Below the pieces are notes generated by a model. That model saw nothing but the letters and a program-made list of their open reading frames with translations. It was not told the DNA's origin and did not search any database. 64,000 nucleotides of DNA, taken from NCBI RefSeq assembly GCF_037042905.1, contig NC_087251.1, positions 13,270,001-13,334,000 of the forward strand. The letters are read 5' to 3'. This stretch comes from Lytechinus pictus (taxonomy: Eukaryota). A program made the translations under genes and the position numbers. Each line of letters begins with the position of its first letter. Within the stretch, counting starts at the first letter, position 1. This document shows positions 1 to 12,974 of the stretch, piece after piece.

Positions 1-2615
1 AAAAGAGGAAATAATATAAATATATGGAGGACAATGGAAGATGAGGTGAGGCAAGTGTGCAGTGAGGTTTTTTTTTTAGAAGAGGAGATAATACAAATAT
101 ATTATGGAGGACAATGTAAGATGAGCTGAGGCAAGTGTACAGTGAGGTTTTTCAAAAAAGGAGATAATACAAATATATGTGGAGGACAATGTAAGATGAG
201 ATGAGGCAAGTATGCAGTGAGGTTTTTTCAAAAGAGGAGATAATATAAATATATGTGGAGGATAATGTAAGATGAGATGAAGCAAGTGTGCAGTGAGGTT
301 TTTTTCAAAAGAGGAGACAATATAAATATATGTGGAGGACAATGTAAGATGAGATGAGGCAAGTGTGCAGTGAGGTTTTTTCAGAAGAGGAGATAATACA
401 AATATATTATGGAGGACAATGTAAGATGAGCTGAGGCAAGTGTACAGTGAGGTTTTTTCAAAAGAGGAGATAAAATAAATATATGTGAAGGACAATGTAA
501 GATGAGATGAGGCAAGTGTACGGTGAGGTTTTATCAAAAAATGTATAATGATAAAATATATGTAGAGGACAATGTAAGATGAGCTGAGGCAAGTGTGCAG
601 TGAGGTTTTTCCAAAAGAGGAGATAATATAAATATATGTGGAGGATAATGTAAGATGAGCTGTGGCAAGTGTGCAGTGAGGTTTTTTTCAAAAGAAGAGA
701 TAATACAAATATATATGGAGGACAATGTAAGATGAGATGAGGCAAGTGTGCAGTGAGGTTTTTTTTTTCAAAAAAGGAGATAATACAAATATATATGGAG
801 GACAATGTAAGATGAGATGAGGCAAGTGTGCAGTGAGGTTTTTTCAAAAGAGGAGATAATATAAATATATGTGGAGGATAATGTAAGATGAGCTGAGGCA
901 AGTGTGCAGTGAGGTTTTTTTCAAAAGAGGAGATAATACAAATATATATGGAGGACAATGTAAGATGAGATGAGGCAAGTGTGCAGTGAGGTTTTTTTTT
1001 TCAAAAAAGGAGATAATACAAATATATATGGAGGACAATGTAAGATGAGATGAGGCAAGTGTGCAGTGAGGTTTTTTCAAAAGAGGAGATAAAATAAATA
1101 TATGTGAAGGACAATGTAAGATGAGATGAGGCAAGTGTGCAGTGAGGTTTTTCCAAAAGAGGAGATAATATAAATATATGTGGAGGATAATGTAAGATGA
1201 GCTGAGGCAAGTGTGCAGTGAGGTTTTTTTCAAAAGAGGAGATAATACAAATATATATGGAGGACAATGTAAGATGAGATGAGGCAAGTGTGCAGTGAGG
1301 TTTTTTCAAAAAAGGAGATAATACAAATATATGTGGAGGACAATGTAAGATGAGATGAGGCAAGTATGCAGTGAGGTTTTTTCAAAAGAGGAGATAATAT
1401 AAATATATGTGGAGGATAATGTAAGATGAGATGAGGCAAGTGTGCAGTGAGGTTTTTTTCAAAAGAGGAGACAATATAAATATATGTGGAGGACAATGTA
1501 AGATGAGATGAGGCAAGTGTGCAGTGAGGTTTTTTCAGAAGAGGAGATAATACAAATATATTATGGAGGACAATGTAAGATGAGCTGAGGCAAGTGTACA
1601 GTGAGGTTTTTTCAAAAGAGGAGATAAAATAAATATATGTGAAGGACAATGTAAGATGAGATGAGGCAAGTGTACGGTGAGGTTTTATCAAAAAATGTAT
1701 AATGATAAAATATATGTAGAGGACAATGTAAGATGAGCTGAGGCAAGTGTGCAGTGAGGTTTTTCCAAAAGAGGAGATAATATAAATATATGTGGAGGAT
1801 AATGTAAGATGAGCTGAGGCAAGTGTGCAGTGAGGTTTTTTCAAAAGAGGAGATAATACAAATATATATGGAGGACAATGTAAGATGAGATGAGGCAAGT
1901 GTGCAGTGAGGTTTTTTTTTTCAAAAAAGGAGATAATACAAATATATATGGAGGACAATGTAAGATGAGATGAGGCAAGTGTGCAGTGAGGTTTTTTCAA
2001 AAGAGGAGATAAAATAAATATATGTGAAGGACAATGTAAGATGAGATGAGGCAAGTGTGCAGTGAGGTTTTTCCAAAAGAGGAGATAATATAAATATATG
2101 TGGAGGATAATGTAAGATGAGCTGAGGCAAGTGTGCAGTGAGGTTTTTTTCAAAAGAGGAGATAATACAAATATATATGGAGGACAATGTAAGATGAGAT
2201 GAGGCAAGTGTGCAGTGAGGTTTTTTCAAAAAAGGAGATAATACAAATATATATGGAGGACAATGTAAGATGAGATGAGGCAAGTGTGCAGTGAGGTTTT
2301 TTTTTTCAAAAGAGGAGATAATACAAATATATATGGAGGACAATGTAAGATGAGATGAGGCAAGTGTGCAGTGAGGTGTTTTCAAAAGAGGAGATAAAAT
2401 AAATATATGTGAAGGACAATGTAAGATGAGATGAGGCAAGTGTGCAGTGAGGTTTTTCCAAAAGAGTAGATAATATACATATATGTGAAGGACAATGTAA
2501 GATGAGATGAGGAAAGTGTACGGTGAGGTTTTATTAAAAAAATGTATAATGATAAAATATATGTAGAGGACAACGTAAAATGAGAAACAAGGCAAGTGTA
2601 CGGTGAGGTTTTATC
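1..2615. repeat. Minisatellite array (~76-77 bp unit, ~34 copies); left arm of a foldback element, truncated by the window edge
   Basis: Tandem unit approx. aaaagaggagataatacaaatatatatggaggacaatgtaagatgagatgaggcaagtgtgcagtgaggttttttc. Diagnostic variants recur at a 1155-bp offset (211/1366, 521/1676). Confidence 0.97.
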
Positions 2616-2686
2616 AATTAATCAGTTTTGAGGCTGATCATTATTCTGTGACAACTGTTTCATGCACGATTCTATGCCATTAGTGT

Positions 2687-3041
2687 ATAATAATAATAAT
2701 AATATTCCGCATTTATATAGCGCTTAATACATCGGAACGACGTCTCTAAGCGCTTTACAGACATATTATTACCCCGGTCATCGGATCCTTGCATGCCCGC
2801 ATACAATGTATGCACCTTCTCCACTCCCTGGGGAGCATTCCAACAAGAGTTCCAGGACTCAATTGCTAGGCATACTACATATAGGCTTTCACATCCTACC
2901 GGGTACCCATTTAACACCTGGGTGGAGAGTGGCAAAGTATGGATTAACGCCTTGCCAAAGGACGCTAGGCCATGGTGGGATTCGAACACACGACCCTCTG
3001 ATTACAAGGCGAGAGTCAGAACCGCTACACCACGACGCTTC
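2687..3041 (-). mobile_element. tRNA-derived SINE with L2-like 3' tail
   Basis: Minus-strand head GAAGCGTCGTGGTGTAGCGG...GTTCGAATCC (A/B boxes), body CACCCAGGTGTTAAATGGGTACC, tail AAGCGCT...AAGCGCTATATAAAT plus (TTA)n. Confidence 0.85.
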
Positions 3042-3340
3042 TATAGTGTTTTATTTGGTTTTTTTTTTTTTTTTTTGTTAATTGTCCTCATACCATTTTA
3101 GACAAAATTTGCAACCATTTTACTGCCTATACAACAGTCTTAGGAGACGGTGTAGAAACATTGTTAACATGCATCTGTTACCACACATTAAACTTTGGTC
3201 ATGTTTTGACTACTATATACTAATACTACTTCTACTATTATAACAGTACTTGCCAACATCATACTCTAGTATGATTTTTTATTATTTCATTGATCCTGCC
3301 ACTATCATTTGTAAACAAACGTTATTTATACTATTGTATC

Positions 3341-3341
<1 letters not shown>

Positions 3342-3399
<58 letters not shown>

Positions 3400-3411
3400 G
3401 ATATATATATC

Positions 3412-3502
<91 letters not shown>

Positions 3503-3506
3503 TATA
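3342..3506. repeat. Compound (TA)n/(TG)n microsatellite
   Basis: Directly visible dinucleotide runs. Confidence 0.95.
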
Positions 3507-5891
3507 TTAAAACTTCAGTTTCTTTTTATTATCATGTCCTGCTAGTATAATACTTGCCAGTAAAAAAAACATGTAAATTGTAACATGCTTTTTTGGCAGA
3601 TAAAAATATATATTTGGGCAATACCATGAAATATGTGTGGGACCTTCCTGAAATTTTTTGTCTCTGATTTCTTGTTCTTTTGACAGTCTTATGCTCTCAA
3701 AGGACCATGGCTTGGTCAGTTTATAAAGTGAAGTAAATCTTGAGAAAAATTGGGGTCACTTGTAAAAAAAAGTTGATCTTTTTATGCAATTGACAAGGTA
3801 TATGTCTCCAGCCACCCTAAAACTAACAATAAATGCCATATATTAATTTGAAGATTTTCATTCATCTTGAACATGCACATCATGAGCTTTAAATGATCAA
3901 TTGAGGTCAATAATGTCCCTCTTAAGTACTTGATTGAATGCAGGAAATTTGGTGAGAGCTTCAACGAATTGGGAAAAAACAAGGTTCGATATTTGGGGTT
4001 CACTCAATTGTGAGATGTGTAATATGCAACCTTAAACTATTAAGCAATGGTTTTCAAAGAAACTCTTGTATTTTTGTCTTCAACTTTTACAACCTTAAAT
4101 TTTGACAGTATAAAGAAAAATAATTACTCTTTTATATTAACTAAATTTTGATATTTTTTTCTTTTATTAAAAACTGTTGTGCTTATTTACTAAAACTTTC
4201 CATGTCAACTTATTGTTGATTTTGGGTGGCTAGTCACATTTAGTTTTGATGAGAAAAAAAACACACATAGTGTATGAACATTTTTTTTTTAAAGTTGCCT
4301 AGCTGTTGGTATTTTCTTGTATTTATTTTGTTATCTAACTCTTATAGATTTCATTTAATCACAACAACCTTTAATCTTGCCTCAACCATGCAACTAATAT
4401 TGTAACAGTAGGCCTACTTACACAACTTGATAAATCAACAATATATAAAGCCGTGATGTAGAAGAACTTATTGATCCTGTAATTACCAATAATTACATAT
4501 AAATAGATTGTCTTTCAAGCGTTATGACATATAATCTCTTTCCGTCCAATATCAGATTCTACTATTTGATTCAGCTTACTGTCAAATGTAGTGCTTGCAA
4601 ATTGTGAAAGTTCTTTTGTTTAAATAGGTTGTATTACCTGTTATGCATTTATAATGTTTGTTGTTGTCGTGTTTTTAAAATAAATTCTTTAACTTAATTT
4701 CTTTACATGTGCATGGTCTATATACTTTATCTTTTACAAATTAAGTCAATGTATGCTTACCAATTAAAGTTGTCCAAACACATAGTAGGTATCAACTATC
4801 ACTGAGGACAATCCCCCTCCCCCCCCCAAAAAAAAAAAAAACCAACTACTTGAAATATGTATAGCTACATAAACCTGAAGTATAAGTCAATCAAATATAC
4901 TATGGCTAATTATATACTCTGAATTTTATTATTACTATTCTTATCATGACAACGTAGCTTCCACTTGTGCAACAGTATGTCATATATATTTCAATTTGAT
5001 CAATTTAATCAATTCAAGACTGAGTGGTATTTTGGCATAATGTTATAACTCAAGTGCTGTTGTCATCTCACAGTTTGGTGTAGTAATAATGTGTGCGTCC
5101 CGTTACAACAGAAAATTATTAATCAAGCATGAGAGTGTTAAGTTGATTGACTCAAAGTGTGAGAGTTGAAGTTTGTGATGATGTAAATGGTGTAAGGTAT
5201 ATTTGAAAGTGATCGATGGTAATGACGATAAGGTTCAGGGCTGGTATTAAATTTTATGGTGCCGGGTAAATATGGCAGAGTGAAAAATGACAGAGGTAAA
5301 GATCATGACATGCTAGATCAGCAAGGAAAAGAAATAGCTTTTCCACTTAATGTCAGTTATGATTATTGACCTTGAATGGACTCCTATCGACAAAATGAGT
5401 ATTATGAACTGACAAGATATTATTTTTTTATTTTTTTCAAAATCAACACTTAGAGTTGAACCAGCCCACGTAAATTTGCCTCGGTCAATTTTTTCTGGGA
5501 CCATAGTTTTCCTGCTGACTTGGGTGAAACATGACTAAAAAAAAATATTAAGACAAATTGCTTTGCATATTCTGGTTTTAAAAAGACAAAACAATTATTT
5601 CTATCAGATTTGCATCTTTTGGGAAGAGATTTTATATATTTTGGGAGTGGAAAGGTTCAAAATTCATTCATGCAAGCAGGAGGTTCCGTCAAAGCACTCG
5701 AGATGTTAAGTTTATTCCAAAAAATTGGCCCCCAATTAATCCATATGATTTGAGACTTGCCTTACCTCCACATAAGCCTATTTTCATTACATTTTTGTTT
5801 TAAAGTTCAAGTCCACCCAAGCAAAATGTTGATTTGAATAAAAAGAGAAAAATCCAACAAGCATGAGACTGACAATTCCATCAAAATCGGA

Positions 5892-7416
5892 TAAAACCTC
5901 ACTTTACACTTGCCTCATCTCATCTTACATTGTCCTCTACATATATTTTATCATTATACGATCTTTGAAAAAAACCTCACTTTACACTTGCCTCATCTCA
6001 TCTTACATTGTCCTCTACATATATTTTATCATTATACAATCTTTGAAAAAAATCTCCCTGCACACTTTCCTCATCTCATCTTACATTGTCCTCCATATAT
6101 ATTTGTATTATCTCCTCTTTTGAAAAAACCTCACTGTACACTTGCCTCACCTGATCTTACATTATCCTCCATATATATTTGTATTATTTCCTCTTTTGAA
6201 AAAAACCTCACTGCACACTTGCCTCATCTCATCTTACATTTTCCTCCACATATATTTATATTATCTCCTCTTTTGGAAAAACCTCACTGCACACTTGCCT
6301 CAGCTCATCTTACATTGTCCTCTAAATATATTTATATTATCTCCCTTTTTGAAAAAAACCTCACTGCACACTTGCCTCATCTCATCTTACATTGTCCTCC
6401 ACATATATTTATATTGTCTCCTCTTTTGAAAAACCTCACTGCACACTTGCTTCATCTCATCTTACATTGTCCTCCATATATATTTGTATTATTTCCTCTT
6501 TTGAAAAAAAAACTCACTGCACACTTGCCTCATCTCATCTTACATTGTCCTCCACGTATATTTATATTGTCTCCTCTTTTGAAAAAACCTCACTGCACAC
6601 TTGCTTCATCTCATCTTACATTGTTCTCCATATATATTTGTATTATTTCCTCTTTTGAAAAAAACCTCACTGCACACTTGCCTCATCTCATCTTACATTG
6701 TCCTCCACATATATTTATATTGTCTCCTCTTTTGAAAAAACCTCACTGCACACTTGCTTCATCTCATCTTACATTGTCCTCCATATACATTTGTATTATT
6801 TCCTCTTTTGAAAAAAACCTAACTGCACACTTGCCTCATCTCATCTTACATTGTCCTCCACATATATTTATATTATCTCCTCTTTTGAAAAAACCTCACT
6901 GCACACTTGCCTCAACTCATCTTACATTGTCCTCCACATATATTTATATTATCTCCTCTTTTGGAAAAACCTCACTGCACACTTGCCTCATCTCATCTTA
7001 CACTGTCCTCCAAATATGTTTATATTATCTCCCTTTTTAAAAAAACCTCACTGCACACTTGCCTCATCTCATCTTACATTGTCCTCCACATATATTTATA
7101 TTGTCTCCTCTTTTGAAAAAACCTCACTGCACACTTGCCTCATCTCATCTTACATTGTCCTCCGCATATATTTCTATTATCTCCTCTTTTGAAAAAACCT
7201 CACTGCACACTTGCCCCATCTCATCTTACATTGTCCTCCACATATATTTGTATTATCTCCTTTTTTGAAAAACCTCACTGTACACTTGCCTCTGCTCATC
7301 TTACATTATCCTCCATAATATATTTGTATTATCTCCTCTTCTGAAAAAAATCTCACTGCACACTTGCCTCACCTCATCTTCCATTGTCCTCCATATATTT
7401 ATATTATTTCCTCTTA
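5892..7416. repeat. Same minisatellite in inverted orientation (~20 copies); right arm of the foldback element
   Basis: Reverse complement of the 1-2615 unit. The outermost variant (ctcacctcatcttccattgtcctccatatatttatattatttcctctt, ~7368-7415) mirrors window positions 3-50. Confidence 0.96.
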
Positions 7417-9012
7417 TGTAAAAACTTCATCAAACACTTATTTTCTACACTATAGACTCCTACGTTGTTTTATACACACACACACCATTTGAAAACTCTC
7501 GTTGGTTGTTCACGCTCGGTATATACACACACACACATGCACACGACCACGATCTAATGAATATTCATCGGCGAACCGTCGGATGGATAGTGACGTAGGA
7601 GCTGGACATTTTATCGCCCCGGCCCCTCGCTGTACTTTGTCATCAAAAGTGCCTACCGATGTATACCGTTATCTCTACCGGTATGGTTCAACCCGACGTC
7701 CGGACCGATCATACTGCTTCATGTTTGTTAAAGGGATTGTTTCACTTTGTGAGCAATTTAAAAAATTATCATATTGCTTTTTGAAAATGGTATGAACATT
7801 TGACTAACAGCTCAAAAATACCCATGTGAAAGTTTGGGATCATAACATGTTCGGGAAGTGTTTTTAAAAACTGAAAATCTGAGGCAATGTTTGAAGAGAA
7901 AAATGCACTTCTCGACGGTTGATTCATGATTCTGTTTCAAATTTAAATCGATATTATATAGCGCCACCTTGTGATGTATGCAAGAAAGTAGGCGGAGCTT
8001 ACCACGGGGAATTTCGCTTCTTGCGTGATCTGTGGGCGAAGTTAGTTTGTTTTGGGTTTTTTCTGTGTCTCCGCTCGGTGTGTGCGATAAGCGATCGATG
8101 CATGTGCGTTGCTTATTGCCTGTACTGTGTGAAAGGGTGTAGCTAGCTGTGTGTGTCGCTTGTGCATAACATTGGGGGAATATCATAGGTCCATGATCAT
8201 ACTGTCAAACTGTGTCGAACTCGTGAATGTCCATTCCGTCTGTGGTCTGTACATTTGAATATGCTACATGTATGCCTCATAATGAACTTTGTAGACTTAC
8301 AGACCATGGGATTTTGATGAATTTATATTTTGGCGACGTAAATTAGTAGCAAATAAAACGACAACAACAGAAAAGAACGCGACAAACCGGGGCTACAAAT
8401 ACAATCTCGGATCTACAGTGTAGAGTAATAGTAGTTTTTTTTTGTGGATCATGGGGGCCGGGGATGGAGCGTGATTTTCCAGAAGCTATATTGTGCCCCC
8501 CCCCCCCAAAAAAAAATCCCCTCTGTTCTTTTCTTTAGTTTACCTTTGCATGCACTACAAGATATATCCTTGTGGTTGTTGATAATTCTCTTTTACCTGG
8601 TCACGATATAGCAAACGTCCGTCGACTGATTCGAGAAGAGAATGCAATATAGCTCCATGTAATGCACTATCATGGAGCTGTAATATGTATCCGAACTCCA
8701 CTCTGGTCATGTTACGTCCACGTAGTCACAGGCCTTCGTGTGTCATGTGCATGTTTACATGCACACGGGGCATAGCTGGGTATAGACCAAAAGCTTCGGT
8801 CTCTGTTATGTTGGTTGTTACGCTGAACTACGTTGGCTCCACTCACCAAATACATTGTGTATGAGGAGAAATTAAAAAAAATCAAAAAATGTTGAAAAAC
8901 TCCTCGAAACAGACGGCTGCCAGCTGTCTAAGCTGGGTAGGAACTCGGAATAAAGGCAGTGACCTCTCCTTCTCCCCCCCCCCCCCTGGCATGGAAACAT
9001 CCACCATCGTGG

Positions 9013-9054
<42 letters not shown>

Positions 9055-11666
9055 TACGTTCTCCACGAGCTCCCCCAACAAAGATATTCCCCCATCCCGG
9101 ATTTCCCATCCCATCAAAATCTTCGGTAGGCCTATCTTCACGTAAGATGCTTATGAGAAACTCCCGGGGAGAAACTATATGATCAACATGATCAACGTAT
9201 TGCCCCCCCCCCCCCTCCGATCGATCGGGGCCTATCCGTTTTGGACTTTATTTTGGAACGTGGTAGATAGGGTAGTTGCAAACCCAAAACATCTCAACTC
9301 CTAGACCCCGGACTATAATGACTATTAGACCTACAAATTATTATCCATAAACTTTGTTGGTTTTTTATTTTTTTTATTTGAATGGTTTTTTTGTAAGGGG
9401 TATAGGAATCGTATTTAATTTTATCCATGATTGGGGTCAATAATTCTTTCAGTTTCTCCGCCATATAATCCGCTCATGACATCTTTCAAATCATATCACT
9501 TTTCTTTTACATTTTCCATTTCTTTCGGCCGCTCTTTTCTTTTCTTCTGCTTCCCCTCTCTCGATCCTCCTTCCGTAAATTCTTTACAGTAAAAAAGAAG
9601 TCTGATTTTTTTTTTACACATCCCTGATTACTATATGAACCTTACGTGAAAATAGTGTTTTGTGTTCTTTTCTAGCTCGTTTACCTGAAAACCTGTAAAT
9701 TGGTTATTGATTTTCTTCATACAATTTATATGAAACCTCAGCGTATATGAAGCATCCTTTACCTTCGATCTGGTATTGTTTATATTGGTTGGTTATATTC
9801 ACGATTAAAAAAATGCATAAATATAAACAAAATAACATTACATAATCAAATAATAAAAAAAAAACAATATAACAAATTAACAATATAACAGTAATGAAGC
9901 TTACAATGCATGTAATACATAATCGTAGGGATAGACCCGTTTCAGATTGGCTATTGATAGCCAACCTGTTCTTCCCCGGGGTCCCTAAAAATAAATTAAT
10001 TAAATTAGCATTACAATATGAAAATTTCTAATAAATACGAGTATAACAAATCAATATAAAACAAATGTAAAATAATATATCCTCATGATATCATTCATTT
10101 GGGGAAAATAATGAAAAATGAAATAGTGTAATTAGTCACACGTTATCAATCACGAAAGTTCCCTTTTCTGCTCGATCCAATCACTGAAACATTCAAATTC
10201 CATGGAACAATCAGTCATACATCATCACCACAACTATCACATAACAATACACTTAAATTCGTGTATTTTAAAACAAATTCTTGTGAATGAGCATAATTGT
10301 ATTTCCGTCGATATTGAAAGGCCGTCTCTAACAGGGTATGACCCCCCCCCCTTCCCATGTCGGGGTAAGGGGGAGAGGGGGGAAATAGAAGTGAGGATGG
10401 AAAAAGTGAGAAAGAAGAAAAGTGGAAGAAGGAAAGAAAAAAAATGAAAAGAAAAGAGGCTGTCGGACTGACGCCTACCGGAAAAATGATATAACTGTTG
10501 GGTCACGAAGGAATGTTCCATTACTCCGTGTATATATATGCTATACCGACAGTGATTAGAATATACTGTCACACAGGGCGGTTCTAATTAATTGCTTCAT
10601 GTTCCGAGAGAGATTTGAATGTATATAGGTTTTATGTCTAAATCGCCTTACAATCAAGCCCATTCTTTTTTACGTACAGTGATTAAAATTGCCCGGCCAT
10701 ATGTCCCAGTCGCCAAAATTGTTAGCTCGCGCTTCGCGCTCGCATCATTCAGACTGTTCCATTATCATCTTCACAAGTTTCTTACGTGTTGGGCAGCGCT
10801 TTTAAGATATTCACTTTTATGTCAGTAAATTTAGTTCGCGCTACAAACAGCTTGTTCTTTATTGTTTTACAACGTCCAGTCATGATCAATTATATATTAA
10901 AAAAAATATATTGTTGAGCATGATATACCCTTCGTATTCATTATTACAAGAAGTGCAAAAGGAATGTCTAGTTTTTATGTCTACATGTAAAAAATAGCTT
11001 ATTGTGCTTCGCGCTTGCAATTATTGTTTGATGAGGTACATATACTTTGATATTTACATTAAAAAAACCTGCTTAGAATGTCCAGTTGTCGGGCCATAAT
11101 AATATTCAGCTCGCGCTATTCGCTCGCATTGTTTAATTTAATGTCCACCATGTCCACAGTGGCGTATCTAGAACAAACGAGGCCCGGGCAAGTGCTAAAA
11201 TCGCACCCCTTTCAAAATATAGGTCTTTTGTGTATATACTCTGCACTCGACCAGTCAAAATAAAACATAATATTCTAGTCCGGGTTTTTTTATCATGAAA
11301 ATGATGCGTATCTAACGAAAACAACGTATGCGAGCGCTAAGCACGTGCCTATTATTTTCAGTATTAAGATCTTAAAAAGGAATATTCTAAGCACTTTTTG
11401 TAATAATTAACATGATGCATATCCAGACAATGAACGCATTCCCGAAGCGCGAGCCGAAAATTATTGATATTGAGACCTACAATCGGGACATATCGATGCT
11501 TGTCTAATTAAGCATTTCATGCAAGCACGAGGGGCGAGCTGAAAAATTAATATTGAGGGGAAATCTTAATAATAATGATGATAATGATAATAATTATAAT
11601 AATAATAATAACAATAATTGGTGGCTTCTTATATAGCGCACGCGTCCACCTTTCGGTGCTCATGGC

Positions 11667-12974
11667 CACTGGCGTAAATCCCGGGGGGGATGGGGGGGAT
11701 ATATCCCCCCCACTTTTCGAGGAGGGGGGGATGGCCTGTACAAACATCCCCCCCACTTTTTACGAAAGAAATGAAAAAAAATCACAAAAGATAATTGTTT
11801 TCTTGGTGAAAATTCTTCCAAAAATACCGCTTAACAAATAAAATAATATTATTGAATAATAAAATGCAAATAAAGAGCCAGTTCACCATTTTCAAACGAA
11901 ATACCTCAAATTCATCAATGTTGGGGTCTTTGGGAAGGGATTAAGATGGAATGTCAATTTTTTTTTAATGTAATCTCTAATAAACCATTAAACCATCATG
12001 GGGTAAAAAAGATAATAATATTGGAGGGGTATTTGCCATATGGACATACAGTGGCGTAACTACGGGGGACATGGGGGGCACATCCCCCCCATCGGCTGAC
12101 CAAAAAAAAACCGGGGAAAGGGGGAAAATGAGAAAAGAGGGAGAAAGGAAGAGAAACGTAGTGGGAAAGAAGAAAATATTATTCATTATAATGTTATATT
12201 ATATTATAATTATGTTAAGTTACATTACATAAGAAACATTTTTATCATAACTTTATGAAACATAATTTGCCCAGGGCCTACGTCTCAATTGTTCCTGGTG
12301 CTCGCATTGTCTTTTTAACGAGATATATAATCCTGTTGTACCAAAACATCCCGTTTTCAAGTCAATATAAACCAAATATATTTCCTAGCACTTGAGTTAT
12401 CATTGTTTTATGTAGTGACATATGCTTTTTTTTTTCATGACTCAAAAGTGATTGCCCCATGTTAAGGTCTTCGTATATATGAAACATTTCCTGTCCGTGA
12501 TTACGTTCGCATTTTTCATGGATTGGTGAGATATGTCTACTCTTCATGAATTCCTAAAATCAGTCCTTAAAATGTCCCTTCTTCTGATCTGAATATCAAA
12601 AATTTTCAGCTCGCGCTTCGCACTCGCATTGTTAAGCGAGACAGGTACCTATCATGATTACACAAATTTGATTATAATGTCCCTTTTTAGGTGTGAATAT
12701 AAAAAAATTTCAGCTCGCGCTTCGCGCTCGCATTATTTGATGAGTGAGATACATATCCGTTTAATGACATTGTCCTTAAAATGTCTCTATTAGGTCACTC
12801 ACTCAGTCATTCAAAAATTTTGCTGGTGCCCCCCGCCCCCAATGCCGTGACCCACGGTACGCCACTGTGGACATATCAATGACAATTCCTTGCATATCTA
12901 AAAACATGATTGCAAAAAAATGCCAAAATATTTCAGTCATCCCCCCCACCCATCAACACGGATTTACGCCAGTG
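11667..12974. mobile_element. hAT-like non-autonomous element with 8-bp TSD
   Basis: TIR CACTGGCGTAAATCC/GGATTTACGCCAGTG. TSD CTCATGGC at 11659-11666 and 12975-12982. Confidence 0.92.
12049..12867. mobile_element. hAT-like non-autonomous element with 8-bp TSD (innermost layer)
   Basis: TIR CAGTGGCGTA/TACGCCACTG. TSD TGGACATA at 12041-12048 and 12868-12875. Confidence 0.92.

Larger units (their letters stand above)
1..7603. mobile_element. Foldback-type DNA transposon (long inverted arms of tandem subrepeats, ~3.3 kb loop); right terminus tentative
   Basis: Inverted minisatellite arms with mirrored outer and inner variant units. The exact end (7416-7603) and TSD cannot be fixed because the left end is outside the window. 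Confidence 0.7.

Noticed and set aside
1..2615. CRISPR-like periodic array
   Set aside because: No unique spacers; whole units repeat; eukaryotic intron-containing context with no cas genes.
5800..5893. Kolobok-like MITE start next to the right foldback arm as the element's terminus
   Set aside because: It looks like a truncated separate MITE end (a decayed relative lies at ~36690-36920), and no partner end is visible at the left arm.
76..7344. Long Cys/His/Leu-rich ORFs (up to 376 aa) in the arrays
   Set aside because: They are translations of the minisatellite. Frames shift with homopolymer length and overlap in all frames, with no gene structure.
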